DNA of 45,244 bases from Macrostomum lignano (Eukaryota), in NCBI GenBank assembly GCA_002269645.1, contig NIVC01003460.1:1-45244 (forward strand). The letters run 5' to 3'. The notes below the pieces were generated by a model. That model saw only the letters and a list, made by a program, of their open reading frames with translations. It did not search any database and was not told the DNA's origin. The position numbers were made by a program, and so were the translations under genes. Shown here piece after piece: positions 33,601 to 45,244 of this stretch (position 1 is its first letter; every line of letters begins with the position of its first letter).

Positions 33601-34413
33601 ATGCAGGTACGCAAGGGTCATAACAAAGACACCGATAAATACTAGTTCAAGTTTTCGCCGAAATGACACCAACCCTAATTGAAAACAAAGAAACATGCAG
33701 AAAGTCTGTCCGATTATCCCAACTGGGTAAATCAAGTTAAATACACGAAAACGATAGCTTTTATTCAACTGTTTATTTTGTTAAAATTTGAGTGTACATG
33801 TGCAGTGAATAATTAGACGAAAAATTGTAAAGTGGCAGCTGTGCATTTGAAACCAAGAATAAAAGAAATAATTCCAAGAAAACGGTGCATCATAGGAAAA
33901 TTATTGAAAATCCTGAATCGCGTGGATAATTAATATGCGAATCAAATGAACATGCATATGAGACTAGCTTGCATGCAGATACAGGCGTACGCTGAATTGA
34001 GCAAAACTGGATTTGCTGAGTTAATTGAGAAAAATATGTGCGACTAAAAACGCTAAGAATTGCAAATACTAATGGGTATTTTTATCGTGTCTGAGCATAC
34101 ATAAAATTTACACACACACATGCAGTCCCCTTTGTGCCTGCATACCTGGATGCATAGCTGATCTAAATTTTAAATGCCCAAAATATAGTTTATAATTTCG
34201 GCAAGACAAACATGCTATTCATACCGAACTAATTAAGCTTTCACAAAAGTGCTGAAGGGAATTAATTCATCTAGCAATCTACATATTGGAGGAGAATTTC
34301 TAGTAGGGAATTCTCGCTATAGGGAAGCAAAGTTCCCGCGGGAATGGATTTTCATCAGAGTGGACATGCTACTTGTGTGAGAGTTCTAGCAGACCCGCGG
34401 GGTCCCGCCTGCT

Positions 34414-34626
34414 TCAACGGTCTGCACCGCTTTCGACTTCAACCTCGACCGCGGCCTCGGCAGCCGCCAACAGCTCGAGGCGACGCTGCAGCGCCGGCGC
34501 AAATCCGGCGCAGGTGAAATCGCGCAGCCTGGCACGGTCGGGCGTCGACACTCGGGGTCGGCTCGCCGCGGGTGCCTCCGCCGTCGCCGCCGCTGTCGAT
34601 GCCGATAACTGATCGACTGGCTGCAT
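34414..34626 (-). CDS. Unidentified gene, exon 4 (terminal)
   Basis: Acceptor ccctcttcag, phase 0; encodes MQPVDQLS...LQRRLELL...GADR*; GC-rich. Confidence 0.65.
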   Translation of the reverse strand: MQPVDQLSASTAAATAEAPAASRPRVSTPDRARLRDFTCAGFAPALQRRLELLAAAEAAVEVEVESGADR

Positions 34627-34715
34627 CTGAAGAGGGCGGATTAGTTTAATCTGATTCAGATACTTGTACATGTATTGGCGGAGAAGCACGGCTCATTGCG
34701 CCGCCTGACTGTCCC

Positions 34716-35338
34716 TTGTGCTGGCGCCCCTGGTGCTGGCGCCCCTGGTGCTGGCGCCCCTGGTGCTGGCGCCCCTGGTGCTGGCGCCCCTGGTGCTGGC
34801 ACCCCTGGTGCTGGCGCCCCTGGTGCTGGCGCCCCTGGTGCTGGCACCCCTGGTGCTAGCGCCCCTGGTGCTGGCGCCCCTGGTGCTGGCGCCCCTGGTG
34901 CTAAAGCCCCTGGTGCTAAATACCCTGGTGCTAAAGCTCCTGGTGCTAAAGCCCCTGGTGCTAAATACCCTGGTGCTAAATACCCTGGTGCTAAATACCC
35001 TGGTGCTAAATACCCTGGTGCTAAAGACCCTGGTGCTAAAGACCCTGGTGCTAAATACCCTGGTGCTAAAGCTCCTGATGCTAAAGCCCCTGGTGCTAAA
35101 TACCCTGGTGCTAAAGACCCTGGTGCTAAAGCTCCTGATGCTAAAGCCCCTGGTGCTAAATACCCTGGTGCTAAATACCCTGGTGCTAAATACCCTGGTG
35201 CTAAATACCCTGGTGCTAAATACCCTGGTGCTAAATACCCTGGTGCTAAATACCCTGGTGCTAAATACCCTGGTGCTAAAGACCCTGGTGCTAAAGACCC
35301 TGGTGCTAAAGACCCTGGTGCTAAAGCCCCTGGTGCTC
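34716..35338. repeat. 15-bp minisatellite (about 41 copies), polarised
   Basis: ccctggtgctggcgc at the left end grades to ccctggtgctaaata at the right. Confidence 0.97.
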
Positions 35339-35869
35339 AAATGAAAACATGCTAATGACTTACTCACACCTTCACAAGAAGTCATTCATAAATTACTCAG
35401 AACCTACTCAATCTAAACTCAATGGCAATGTGCTCAAAGCTAGAAAATAAAAACAAAAGGTAGAAAATTTCAAAGCAAAATAATATTTACTCGTGCGATC
35501 GTAAACTACATGTGCTACTATGTAGTAGTTAGCAAGAAATATCTGCTGGCAAATAAAAACTCTAGGAAGGAAAGCGTACTTTATCTTTTCGTTTTCTCAG
35601 CGGCAGCACATAATTAAATGTTGCTTCTAAAAGTGAGATATGTGCATGCAAGTCGGAAAAAAGTCTGTAATGTAATAAGCCAAGTTTTTTAAGCCAGCTG
35701 CGAAAGGAACGGCGAATTGCATTTCATTGTACCTGGCTTTTCAGTTGGATTTGTGTAAAAAAATAAAGCCATTGTACTCGTAAATACACAGAGGGAATGC
35801 AGCTGCGGGACTCTAAAGTGTGCCTGCAAATGTTAGTAAGGATAGTATAAGGATGGGGTGGCCTTTTAT

Positions 35870-37126
<1,257 letters not shown>

Positions 37127-37423
37127 GCACATCCTTCCGGGTTAGTAAGTATGGACACAGAAACTCGATGGAAGACGAAAGCAAAGCCAAAAGTACAAAA
37201 CAACAAACCAGCCCCATCCCACATCTCACTCTGATCCTTAGATTGGCCGCATCCCTGACCTCTTCGCAACCGTTTATAAGAAACTTATAAGGTCGCTTGT
37301 TGTAAATTTTGGTGGCGGTGGGGATTGGCATGTAGTGTTTTGAACCCATTAATTCGTATTTAACCCGACTCATCAGGTTTGCAAAATATGTAAAATAAAT
37401 GACACCGAATTGCACTTTCTCAC

Positions 37424-37490
37424 CTCAGCTGAAATCAGTGACAAACGGCCCGACTGCCGATCGCCAGAAATGTCACCTCTGGGTCTGCCG
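37424..37490 (-). CDS. Unidentified gene, exon 3
   Basis: tttttctccag acceptor and GAG|gtgaga donor. Its 67 nt convert phase 2 to phase 0, as needed to link 39492 to 34626; encodes (N)GRPRGDISGDRQSGRLSLISAE. Confidence 0.7.
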
Positions 37491-38699
37491 CTGGAGAAAA
37501 ACAGATTTTGAAGAGTACTTTTTTAACAGAGAAGTTGTTTTAATGAATTAAAAGTTTGAAGTCCTAAAAATACTGGCTCATTTTTAAAGGATTTAGCTAC
37601 CCTGGTATCTTTGCAATGTAGAGACCATAAACTACTCTTCATTTAGTAGTTGAAGTGCGTATTGTAGGAAAATTTTGAATTCAATGGAGTTTATTTGACA
37701 GCAACAGAGCTGAAGCAGATTATTTTCAAAGCTATTCTAGTTTCTGTTGCAAAATGCGTTGGCGAGATAGGAAGTTTTTCAAGCTTTTTCAAACACTCGT
37801 AAAATTCACAATATCTCTCCTTCATTACTTTATTTACGCAAATAAAGCAAATATGTGGTTCATTTGAGGTACATGAGGTACACAAGATTTGCACTATGGT
37901 TTTCCATCGACAAATTTGGTTGAGAAATTCTAGAACTCCGGGCCTTCTCTTTAAACTATCCTGCATGGATTCGAACTCCCGACCAACCACGCTTAAAAGT
38001 CCAACTTATTGACAACTTCAGCTTAACCTTTGAAGTGAGAAACAAAATTTCCAAATTGAAACTGTGCGAGACAAAGGGGGCACTAAAAGAGATTAAAACA
38101 AAATAAATGGAAACATCGGGTCGTCACGTTTTAACTGGCAATTGTAGGCTTTTAAAACGTAAGTTGAATAAACAAAAATTAAAAATTAAAAAATCTATAT
38201 TCCATGTTTCATTGTGGCTCTACAATCTACATTCTATAAATCATTTTTGTGCGAAGGCCTTTTTTTGCTATTGAAATCCAAGTTTGTTATAATGATCAAT
38301 TTCAAAGCTTCTTTAACGAGCTTGGACGGGTGCGCCTGAAAAAAGAAGTTTTTCCGGGGTTTTTTATCAAGAATATCATCATTTGATGAGAAGTCGCCAA
38401 ACCAGCTAAAAACCAAGTAACGTCCATCAAGTTAGTTATGTTTTAGTAGAAATTAGTGAAAAATGTACATATGTACTTTTCAGCTTATCTGGAAAAGTCT
38501 GGAAAAGTCTAATGGGCGTATTCGAAAATAAACAAAAATAATTAATAAACGAAAAGTTTTACCTGATTATAAAATATGAAGCTGGTAGGACTTTCCTGAG
38601 ATTAGGACGAGAATGTTTTGTAACAGTCCAAAGGAGCAATCGCTTAACGAGGATAATTTTGCTAGAGTTAAGAAGCTTGACTATCATTTCTGCTTGTTG

Positions 38700-39465
38700 A
38701 GATTCTTAGGACTGAGGGAGCGGAGAGGCAGATTCTCAAGGACTGAAGGGGTGGAGAGACAAATTCTCATAGACTGGCGGGGGGAGCGGAAAGGCAGATT
38801 CTCAAGGACTGAGGGGGGAGCGGAGAGGCAGATTCTCAAGGACTGGGGGGGGGAGCGGAGAGGCAGATTCTCAAGGACTGAGGGGGGAGCGGAGAGGCAG
38901 ATTCTCAAGGATTGGGAGGGGAGCGGAGAGGCAGATTCTCAAGGACTGGGGGGGGGAGCGGAGAGGCAGATTCTCAAGGACTGGGAGGGGGCAGAGAGGC
39001 AGATTCTCAAGGACTGGGAGGGGGCGGAGAGGCAGATTCTCAAGGATTGGGAGGGGAGCGGAGAGGCAGATTCTCAAGGATTGGGAGGGGAGCGGAGAGG
39101 CAGATTCTCAAGGACTGGGAGGGGGCAGAGAGGCAGATTCTCAAGGACTGGGAGGGGGCAGAGAGGCAGATTCTCAAGGACTGGGGGGGGGGAGCGGAGA
39201 GGCAGATTCTCAAGGACTGGGAGGGGGAGCGGAGAGGCAGATTCTCAAGGACTGAGGGGGAGCGGAGAGGCAGATTCTCAAGAACTGAGGGGGAGCGGAG
39301 AGGCAGATTCTCAAGGACTGAGGGGGGAGCGGAGAGGCAGATTCTCAAGGACTGAGGGGGGAGCGGAGAGGCAGATTCTCAAGGACTGAGGGGGGAGCGG
39401 AGAGGCAGATTCTCAAGGACTGAGGGGCGGAGAGACAGATTCTCAAGGACTGAGGGGCACAGAGG
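38700..39465. repeat. About 30-33-bp G-rich minisatellite (about 24 copies)
   Basis: Unit gagcggagaggcagattctcaaggactg followed by a variable G-run. Confidence 0.96.
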
Positions 39466-39491
39466 TAAAATTCAAAAGCCGTCAAACTCAC

Positions 39492-40060
39492 TTCGTTAGC
39501 AGATCCACCTGCTGGCTGAGATTGCTTGCAGTTTGCTTTCCAGTGTTAGTAGCCGTCTGCTGAATGTGCTGCTGAGTTGGCTCGGACAGCTGGGCGCCTT
39601 GAATTCGAGTTTGACTTTTGTTGCCGCCCGTTGCTAAGCTGTACTTCTTCGCTACTGACCAGACTCCGTCAAAAGCGTTTGCTGTCGACGATACGGCAGC
39701 CGCCGTTGGCTTCTCCGACGTGACTTGCGGCAACGGCCGAGGCGGCGGCGTTGCCGACGGTTCAATCTGAGGCAGCGCTGGTGGCGTTGACGGTGCGATC
39801 AGACAGGCAGTAAGGCGTTGGACGCTGGGCTGGACAAACAGGTTAGCGAGGTAGGTGTGCTCGTCAGCGTAGTATTTTAAATATGCCTCGGGCTCTAGTG
39901 AGTGAATGAATGCAAACGGCTTGTTGACTCTGCCGCTGTTCTTGCCGTAGTATAGGCTGCCAAACAGTTCGCGCTTGTTGCTGACATTGCGAATTGTGTA
40001 AACTACTTTCCGCGGAGTTAGCTGAGAGTCAACGCCCGTTTCCCAGCCTGATAAGAAAGT
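39492..40060 (-). CDS. Unidentified gene, exon 2
   Basis: tttctttgcag acceptor and AA|gtgagt donor; 569 nt open; a globular-looking segment is followed by a Pro/Thr/Ala/Gln-rich segment. Confidence 0.8.
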
Positions 40061-40133
40061 CTGCAAAGAAAATTAGTCATTCTGTTAGCAGAAATGTAAA
40101 TAACAGCAGCAATTTGATCATTAAACGACTTAC

Positions 40134-40259
40134 CTGTTTTGATTCATCGCGGTTACTTTGATTACCACCAGACCGTAACCGTAAATATTGGCAAGTTTCT
40201 GTAACGCCTATCAATTTTTTCACGATTGGGGTGTCAGAGAAATGGATTTCACAAACCAT
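40134..40259 (-). CDS. Unidentified gene, exon 1
   Basis: aaaATG at 40259, 42 codons, CAG|gtaagt; a 73-nt intron joins it to exon 2 in phase 0. Confidence 0.75.
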
Positions 40260-40743
40260 TTTCAAGCTCAAATTTTAATGCACACAACTTTACTATAAAT
40301 TTAAAAATCTATCAAGCATATTTAATACTTTAAATAGTGGTTGCAACGATGTAACTAATCTGAAATTTAGAAAAATCTGCATCGGAAATTTAAGGGCAAT
40401 TGATTTGAAGTTATTAAATGTATTATGATATCAAAGTCAAAAAATTGCATTTCTAGTGTAAATATACTAAAATACTTTATTTAATGCAGTACCACATAAA
40501 AAAAATTAACCCATTAAATAATTGTTACAAAAGTCTTTAGCGTTTCGGCGATTAAAAATAATAAAATTAGTTTAGTTTAAATGAAACACGGTCAATTATA
40601 TAAAGTTTTGAAATGAAATGATTATCCTTTTATTTTCTTAAATGGTTTTTTTGCTTTGCTGTTGCAGTGTTGCTTGATAAAGTGTGACGAATTGAATAGC
40701 TTTTCTTAAAATTTTACAAACAGCAAACGGTCTGTGGCATACA

Positions 40744-40825
40744 ATGACGACACAATCAGGAGGTATTCAGATGCTTCTTCAGGCAGAGAAAAAGGCAAAG
40801 GAAAAAATTGACGAGGCTCGCAAAA
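40744..40825 (+). CDS. ATP6V1G: V-type proton ATPase subunit G, exon 1
   Basis: MTTQSGGIQMLLQAEKKAKEKIDEARK, donor A|gtaagt; 82 nt. Confidence 0.95.
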
Positions 40826-41439
40826 GTAAGTTGTTTAGGTCTAACATTAACAATTAGCCGTAATTAACAATTAATTTTGTATAGTTTAAAAATATAGTAT
40901 AGTAATAATAGTCTATGGTGCATCAAAAGCAAACGATATCATAATTGGCTATCTTATGCTATTGTGTCTTTCAATTTTATTAGAGAAATCACTTAATTCT
41001 TTACAGTGACAAAGCCTAATAAGGGTATCTCATCCTAAAACTGATAATACAGTCTCATGCTTAGAGTCTAGACCTCTATATCTGTTATAATTTAGATCAA
41101 GGCCATATCAAGATTTTACTTACTACTACTTAGCTTGTATTTTTGCTTGAAAATAAAACTTTTTATAGGCCTAGATTTCTATAATTTGCACTAGGCCTAG
41201 CCTAAGTGATCCAAAGCAAAGCCCAAAGGAAAGAATAGATTAATATATATACCTAAAAAGTCTTGCAAATTATAGCATTGAACATTGAAGCAAGTTTTAA
41301 AGCAAAAAACTTTTCAAATGTATCAGGATATTTTAATAATATATATTTTTATTATTCTATTTTTTTTAAATAGGCCTACCCTTTTCCTATGTCTTCTATT
41401 GTTTTCCAATATAAATTTTATCTATATAATACCTAGGCC

Positions 41440-42712
41440 TATCTCTTATCAATGCCTATTTTCTATCAATGTCAATTTTTATTAATGTCCATTTCTTAGT
41501 GCTATTTAACAATGTCTATATTCCTTTAGTACCAATTTCTTATAAATCTTTGTCTTTTTTTGTCTTTCTTGCCAATCTATCTTTAAATAAGTGCCTATCC
41601 TATTAGTGCCTATTTCCTATTAGTGTTAATTTTTATCAATGCACATTTTCTATTGGTGCTTATGCTTATCTCTTATCAGTATCTCTTTTTTAATTATACA
41701 TCTCCTATTAGTGCCTATTTTCTATTAATATCCTTATTAGTGCCCATGCCTATCTCCTATCAATGCCTTTTTCTTATTAGAAGGCATCTCCCATTAGTGC
41801 CCATTTCCTATTAGTTTCCATTTTCTATTGGTACCAATCTTCTATCAGTGCCTATTTTCTATCAGTGCCAATCTCCTATCAATGCCCATTTTCTATTGGT
41901 GCCAATCTCTTATCATACATGCCCAATACACATCCAACCCATCCAAACCAAATAGGTGAAATGGCCACTGGCCAAGGTAAGTTGCAAATCAAAAATGCAA
42001 AAAATGAAAAATTGGGAGAAGAAAAAAAGGAGAAAAAGAAAAAATGAAAGGAAAAGAAAGAGAAGAGAGAGAAAAGAAAGAAGGCAAGAAGTCATATACA
42101 AAGTAAAAATTTAGTTGCTATTGGGGGAACTAAATTGCAATCAAGAGGATCTGTTGTGAGATCCTCATGGAGATCCTCAGGAGATCCTAGGGTTGCAATT
42201 GGGAGAAACTAAGTCACAAATTTGGACAAAACTAAGTCACACCAGACGGGTGAAATTTTGAGGTTGGGCATGTAGGTCTCCTATCAGTGCCCATTTTCTA
42301 TTGGTGCCAATCTTCTATATAAGTGCCCATTTTTTATTGGTGCCAATCTGCAATCAGTGCCCATTTTCTATCAGTTCCTATCCTATCAGTGCCCATTTTC
42401 TATTTGTGCCGATCTCCTATTAGTAAGCATCTTCTATCAGTGCCTATCTCATCAGTGCTCATCTCCCATTAGTGCTCATTTCCCATCAGTGCCCATCTCC
42501 CATCAGTGCCAAATTTCCCATGAGTGCCCATCTCCCATCAGTGCCCATCTCCCATCAGTGCCAAATTTCCCACGAGTGCCCATCTCCCATCAGTGCCCAT
42601 TTTCTATCAGTGCCCATCTCCCATCAGTGCCAAATTTCCCACGAGTGCTCATCTCCCATCAGTGCCAAATTTCCCACGAGTGCCCATCTCCCATCAGTGC
42701 CCATCTCCATGC
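41440..42712. repeat. 17/18-bp minisatellite in the ATP6V1G intron, interrupted at about 41905-42275
   Basis: Units cagtgcccatctcccat, cagtgcccattttctat and ccaaatttcccacgagtg; very degenerate at the left, homogeneous at the right. Confidence 0.85.
41916..42274. mobile_element. Candidate MITE (359 bp)
   Basis: Terminal inverted repeat TACATGCCCAA...TTGGGCATGTA lies at the borders of the unique block that interrupts the minisatellite. Confidence 0.4.
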
Positions 42713-42756
42713 CCAACTGTGAGCATGACAAATGTTGAATCCCCAACCACCCGCAG

Positions 42757-43025
42757 ACAAGCAGCGCCGATTGAAGCAGGCCAAGCAGGAGGCGGCAGCA
42801 GAGATTGACACCTTCAAAAAGGAGCGAGAACGCGAATTTAAAGAGCACGAAGCTCGCATACTGGGCTCGCGGACCGACTCGGAGAAGCTGGTTCAAGAGG
42901 AGACCAGACAGCGATTGTCGGAATTGGAGACTAGCGTTGGACAGAACAAAGAAGAAGCTATTAAACGCCTGTTGGAGTTGGTGTTCGATGTGCAGCCAAA
43001 AGTGCACGATAATTTCAAACGATAA
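42757..43025 (+). CDS. ATP6V1G: V-type proton ATPase subunit G, exon 2
   Basis: ccgcag acceptor, phase 1; encodes KQRRLKQAKQEAAAEI...LLELVFDVQPKVHDNFKR*; total 116 aa, the typical size. Confidence 0.96.
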
Positions 43026-45244
43026 TTGTTATCAAGCGGCTTTGATTCCAATATTGACTTTATGGAACAGCAGTCTGGGTTAATTATTTGCGGCGAATTT
43101 CTCTCTCAAAAGGCATATGTTTACAATACAAGTGATTCATATAGTTGAGCCCTGATTTTTTATCTAATAATTCTGCTAGAACAGTTTCGGTCTTCCCTTA
43201 AACGCTACGGTTGTTCTTTACCCCATTATTATTTAATGCTTCCATCAGTAGAAGATTACAAGAATTTACAACGGAGATATAGTTCATTAGTTTTTCTGTT
43301 TTATTGAAAGTTGGTTTCATTAATTAATCATTGGTTTAGCCTTCCGAAACAAATTTTATATTTTGTTTGCCAACGTATGTTTAGTTATTAACACTATTTA
43401 TCATTGATTTTTTTCTGCAATGTTATTCTAGTAATTTTAAATTATTATCTCGTGGTATGGATTATTAATACCTTATGCTTATCCTGTCCCTTACAACTTC
43501 TTGTGCGCAAATTACTTCAATTATGCTGATTAGATTTCTTTTTTCGACCAGTAAAAACGTGAAATATAATTCCATTTGCAATCATTTGTTGCCTTATTTG
43601 AATTGCCAAATCTCGCGTGGAACTTCAACTTGAAATTATTTAACTAGATTAATTAAATAGTCTTTTTTCTCAACTCGCGGTTTTGAAACATATACTTAGC
43701 AAAACTGCTTTCTACTTTCAATTCAGTAGCAATGAAGAATACATAAGCTATTTTATAAAAAAACAAAAGCAGCTGAAATGGCTTTGATAGGTTTAGAAGC
43801 CAAGCTTGCAGACGTAAACAGCTTGCTAATTGGTTCAGTCATAATGTACATTAGCCACTGACATGTACAAGGCATATTTAGGCTGGAGCAACCAACGAAG
43901 GTAAAAATTGAGTGGCGGGGAAGGGGTTGAGCCACAATAAATGAGACTTGTCTATAAAAATAGATGAAAATGCTTCAATTAACTTACTACTGAACTAAAA
44001 GTAGCTTGCAGCAAATGTGCTGAGCGGCCTATCTAGTTATTTTTAGTATCTGTGGCTCACTCGAATTTTTTTAAATTCTGCATAATCAAATTTAAGTCTC
44101 TAAATTAGTCTCACATCACGATTCGGCAGTTAAAGGAGGCATGCGCATATAAAATTTAACTACAATGGGATGGGCTATGGATGAATTTTCGTTTGACGGA
44201 ATAACTACCGAAAGGAAGAGTTACAAATAAAACGTTAATGATATGAAAACAAAAAGCTTTTGCTCACACAGAACTTAAGTTCTGTGATTGTTCACGCGCG
44301 TAGGTAGCCAACTTGGAAAACGTTTTAACATATAAAACAAAATTTTTGTATATTTCCAAGTATATCTAATAACTAATGCGCTAATCTTTTTCAAGGTATC
44401 TGAAATAGTATTTGATTTTTTCAAAATTGAAATACTTTAAAATACACTAAAGCTTTACAAGCTTTAGTTCTATTTTCAATATGGTTTTCGTGACATACTT
44501 TAATAGAATTATAGTTGCCACGACCTGCGTTTTCAGGTTCTCACCTGATGTAAAATATAAAATCGTCTATGGTTATTCAATATTACTATTATATATGTAG
44601 ATTCTTTTCGCATAATAGGAATCTAATTGCAAGAATAATTTTGTGAGCCTTGTGCCATCGTTTGAAATTTGAATCTCTGTACCGTAGTAGTATTCGCGTA
44701 GTGGTATTGTAAGATGGACCTAGCTGTCGTTGCTGGTTAGTTTGTTACTGGCGAAAGACCCTGATCACCCCTGAGTGATGTTAAAAGTTATCTGACTATT
44801 TTGCCTTGAAATTATTCAATTTAAGTTTAATATAAAACTTATGAATAGAGATTAACTTTTAGATAAGATTTTATGACAGTTATTTCTTACTCAATCATTT
44901 GATTTTAATACCAGGAATATAGCTATTCTGAACCACACCATGAACTGAATCTTATTGATATCTATCTTTTACGTTAAAAAATTAATTTTTTTTAAATTAA
45001 TTATTTTTAATGAAAATTTTAGCAAGTTAATGGCTAATATCAATACAATATGTAAATTTACTCTAAAAGAAAATATATTTTCATTAGTATTTTTCCCTTG
45101 GTAGGTGGCTACTTCAAAACATTAAATAACCTCTCGTCCAAAAAAATTAAAAAAAGCATTTGATAACAACCTATCAGTTAATGTTTATCAAATTAGTTGT
45201 GACATTCATAAATTATTTAAAGACTGTCTTGAATTCACATTCCA

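Noticed and set aside
32886-33682. Additional long ORFs overlapping the RTE, and antisense ORFs over TAF6L and GLI exons
   Set aside because: They are shadow frames of GC-rich coding sequence with no recognisable motifs.
34333-34344. 12-bp palindrome TTCCCGCGGGAA (E2F-like)
   Set aside because: It lies in the 3' region of a gene, and 6-bp-arm palindromes are expected by chance in a window this size.
43100-45244. Possible genes or RNA genes in the right-hand AT-rich end
   Set aside because: There is no convincing exon, tRNA, snRNA or repeat signature; it is treated as 3' UTR or intergenic.

Overview
This is eukaryotic (metazoan) genomic DNA: GC-rich spliced exons are separated by AT-rich DNA, and about 20 unrelated tandem-repeat arrays cover roughly a third of the window. 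The pattern of 15-32 bp minisatellites (mostly 20-24 bp) in nearly every intron, plus poly-Gln/Ala exons, suggests a Macrostomum-type flatworm; this is inference, not verified. The ORF track uses non-ATG starts, and most long ORFs in it are repeat artefacts. Genes reconstructed by hand from splice sites and reading frame: (1) a typical 2-Cys-type peroxiredoxin (-, 3 exons seen, runs off the left edge); (2) TAF6L-like (+, 2 coding exons, no in-frame ATG in the large exon); (3) an unidentified minus-strand gene fragment near 10.2-11.4 kb; (4) a GLI/Cubitus interruptus zinc-finger transcription factor (+, 6 exons, about 884 aa); (5) an unidentified 4-exon minus-strand gene (324 aa); (6) V-ATPase subunit G (+, 2 exons, 116 aa), head-to-head with gene 5. 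There are also three RTE-like LINE fragments (one with a 10-bp TSD) and a candidate MITE. The most unusual observations are: a minisatellite built from the peroxiredoxin exon/5' splice-site junction; a private minisatellite in every GLI intron; a 61x23-bp higher-order satellite; a GLI lacking the RRxS PKA cluster and with a changed SUFU motif; and strong local clusters of the palindrome AGGCCT.
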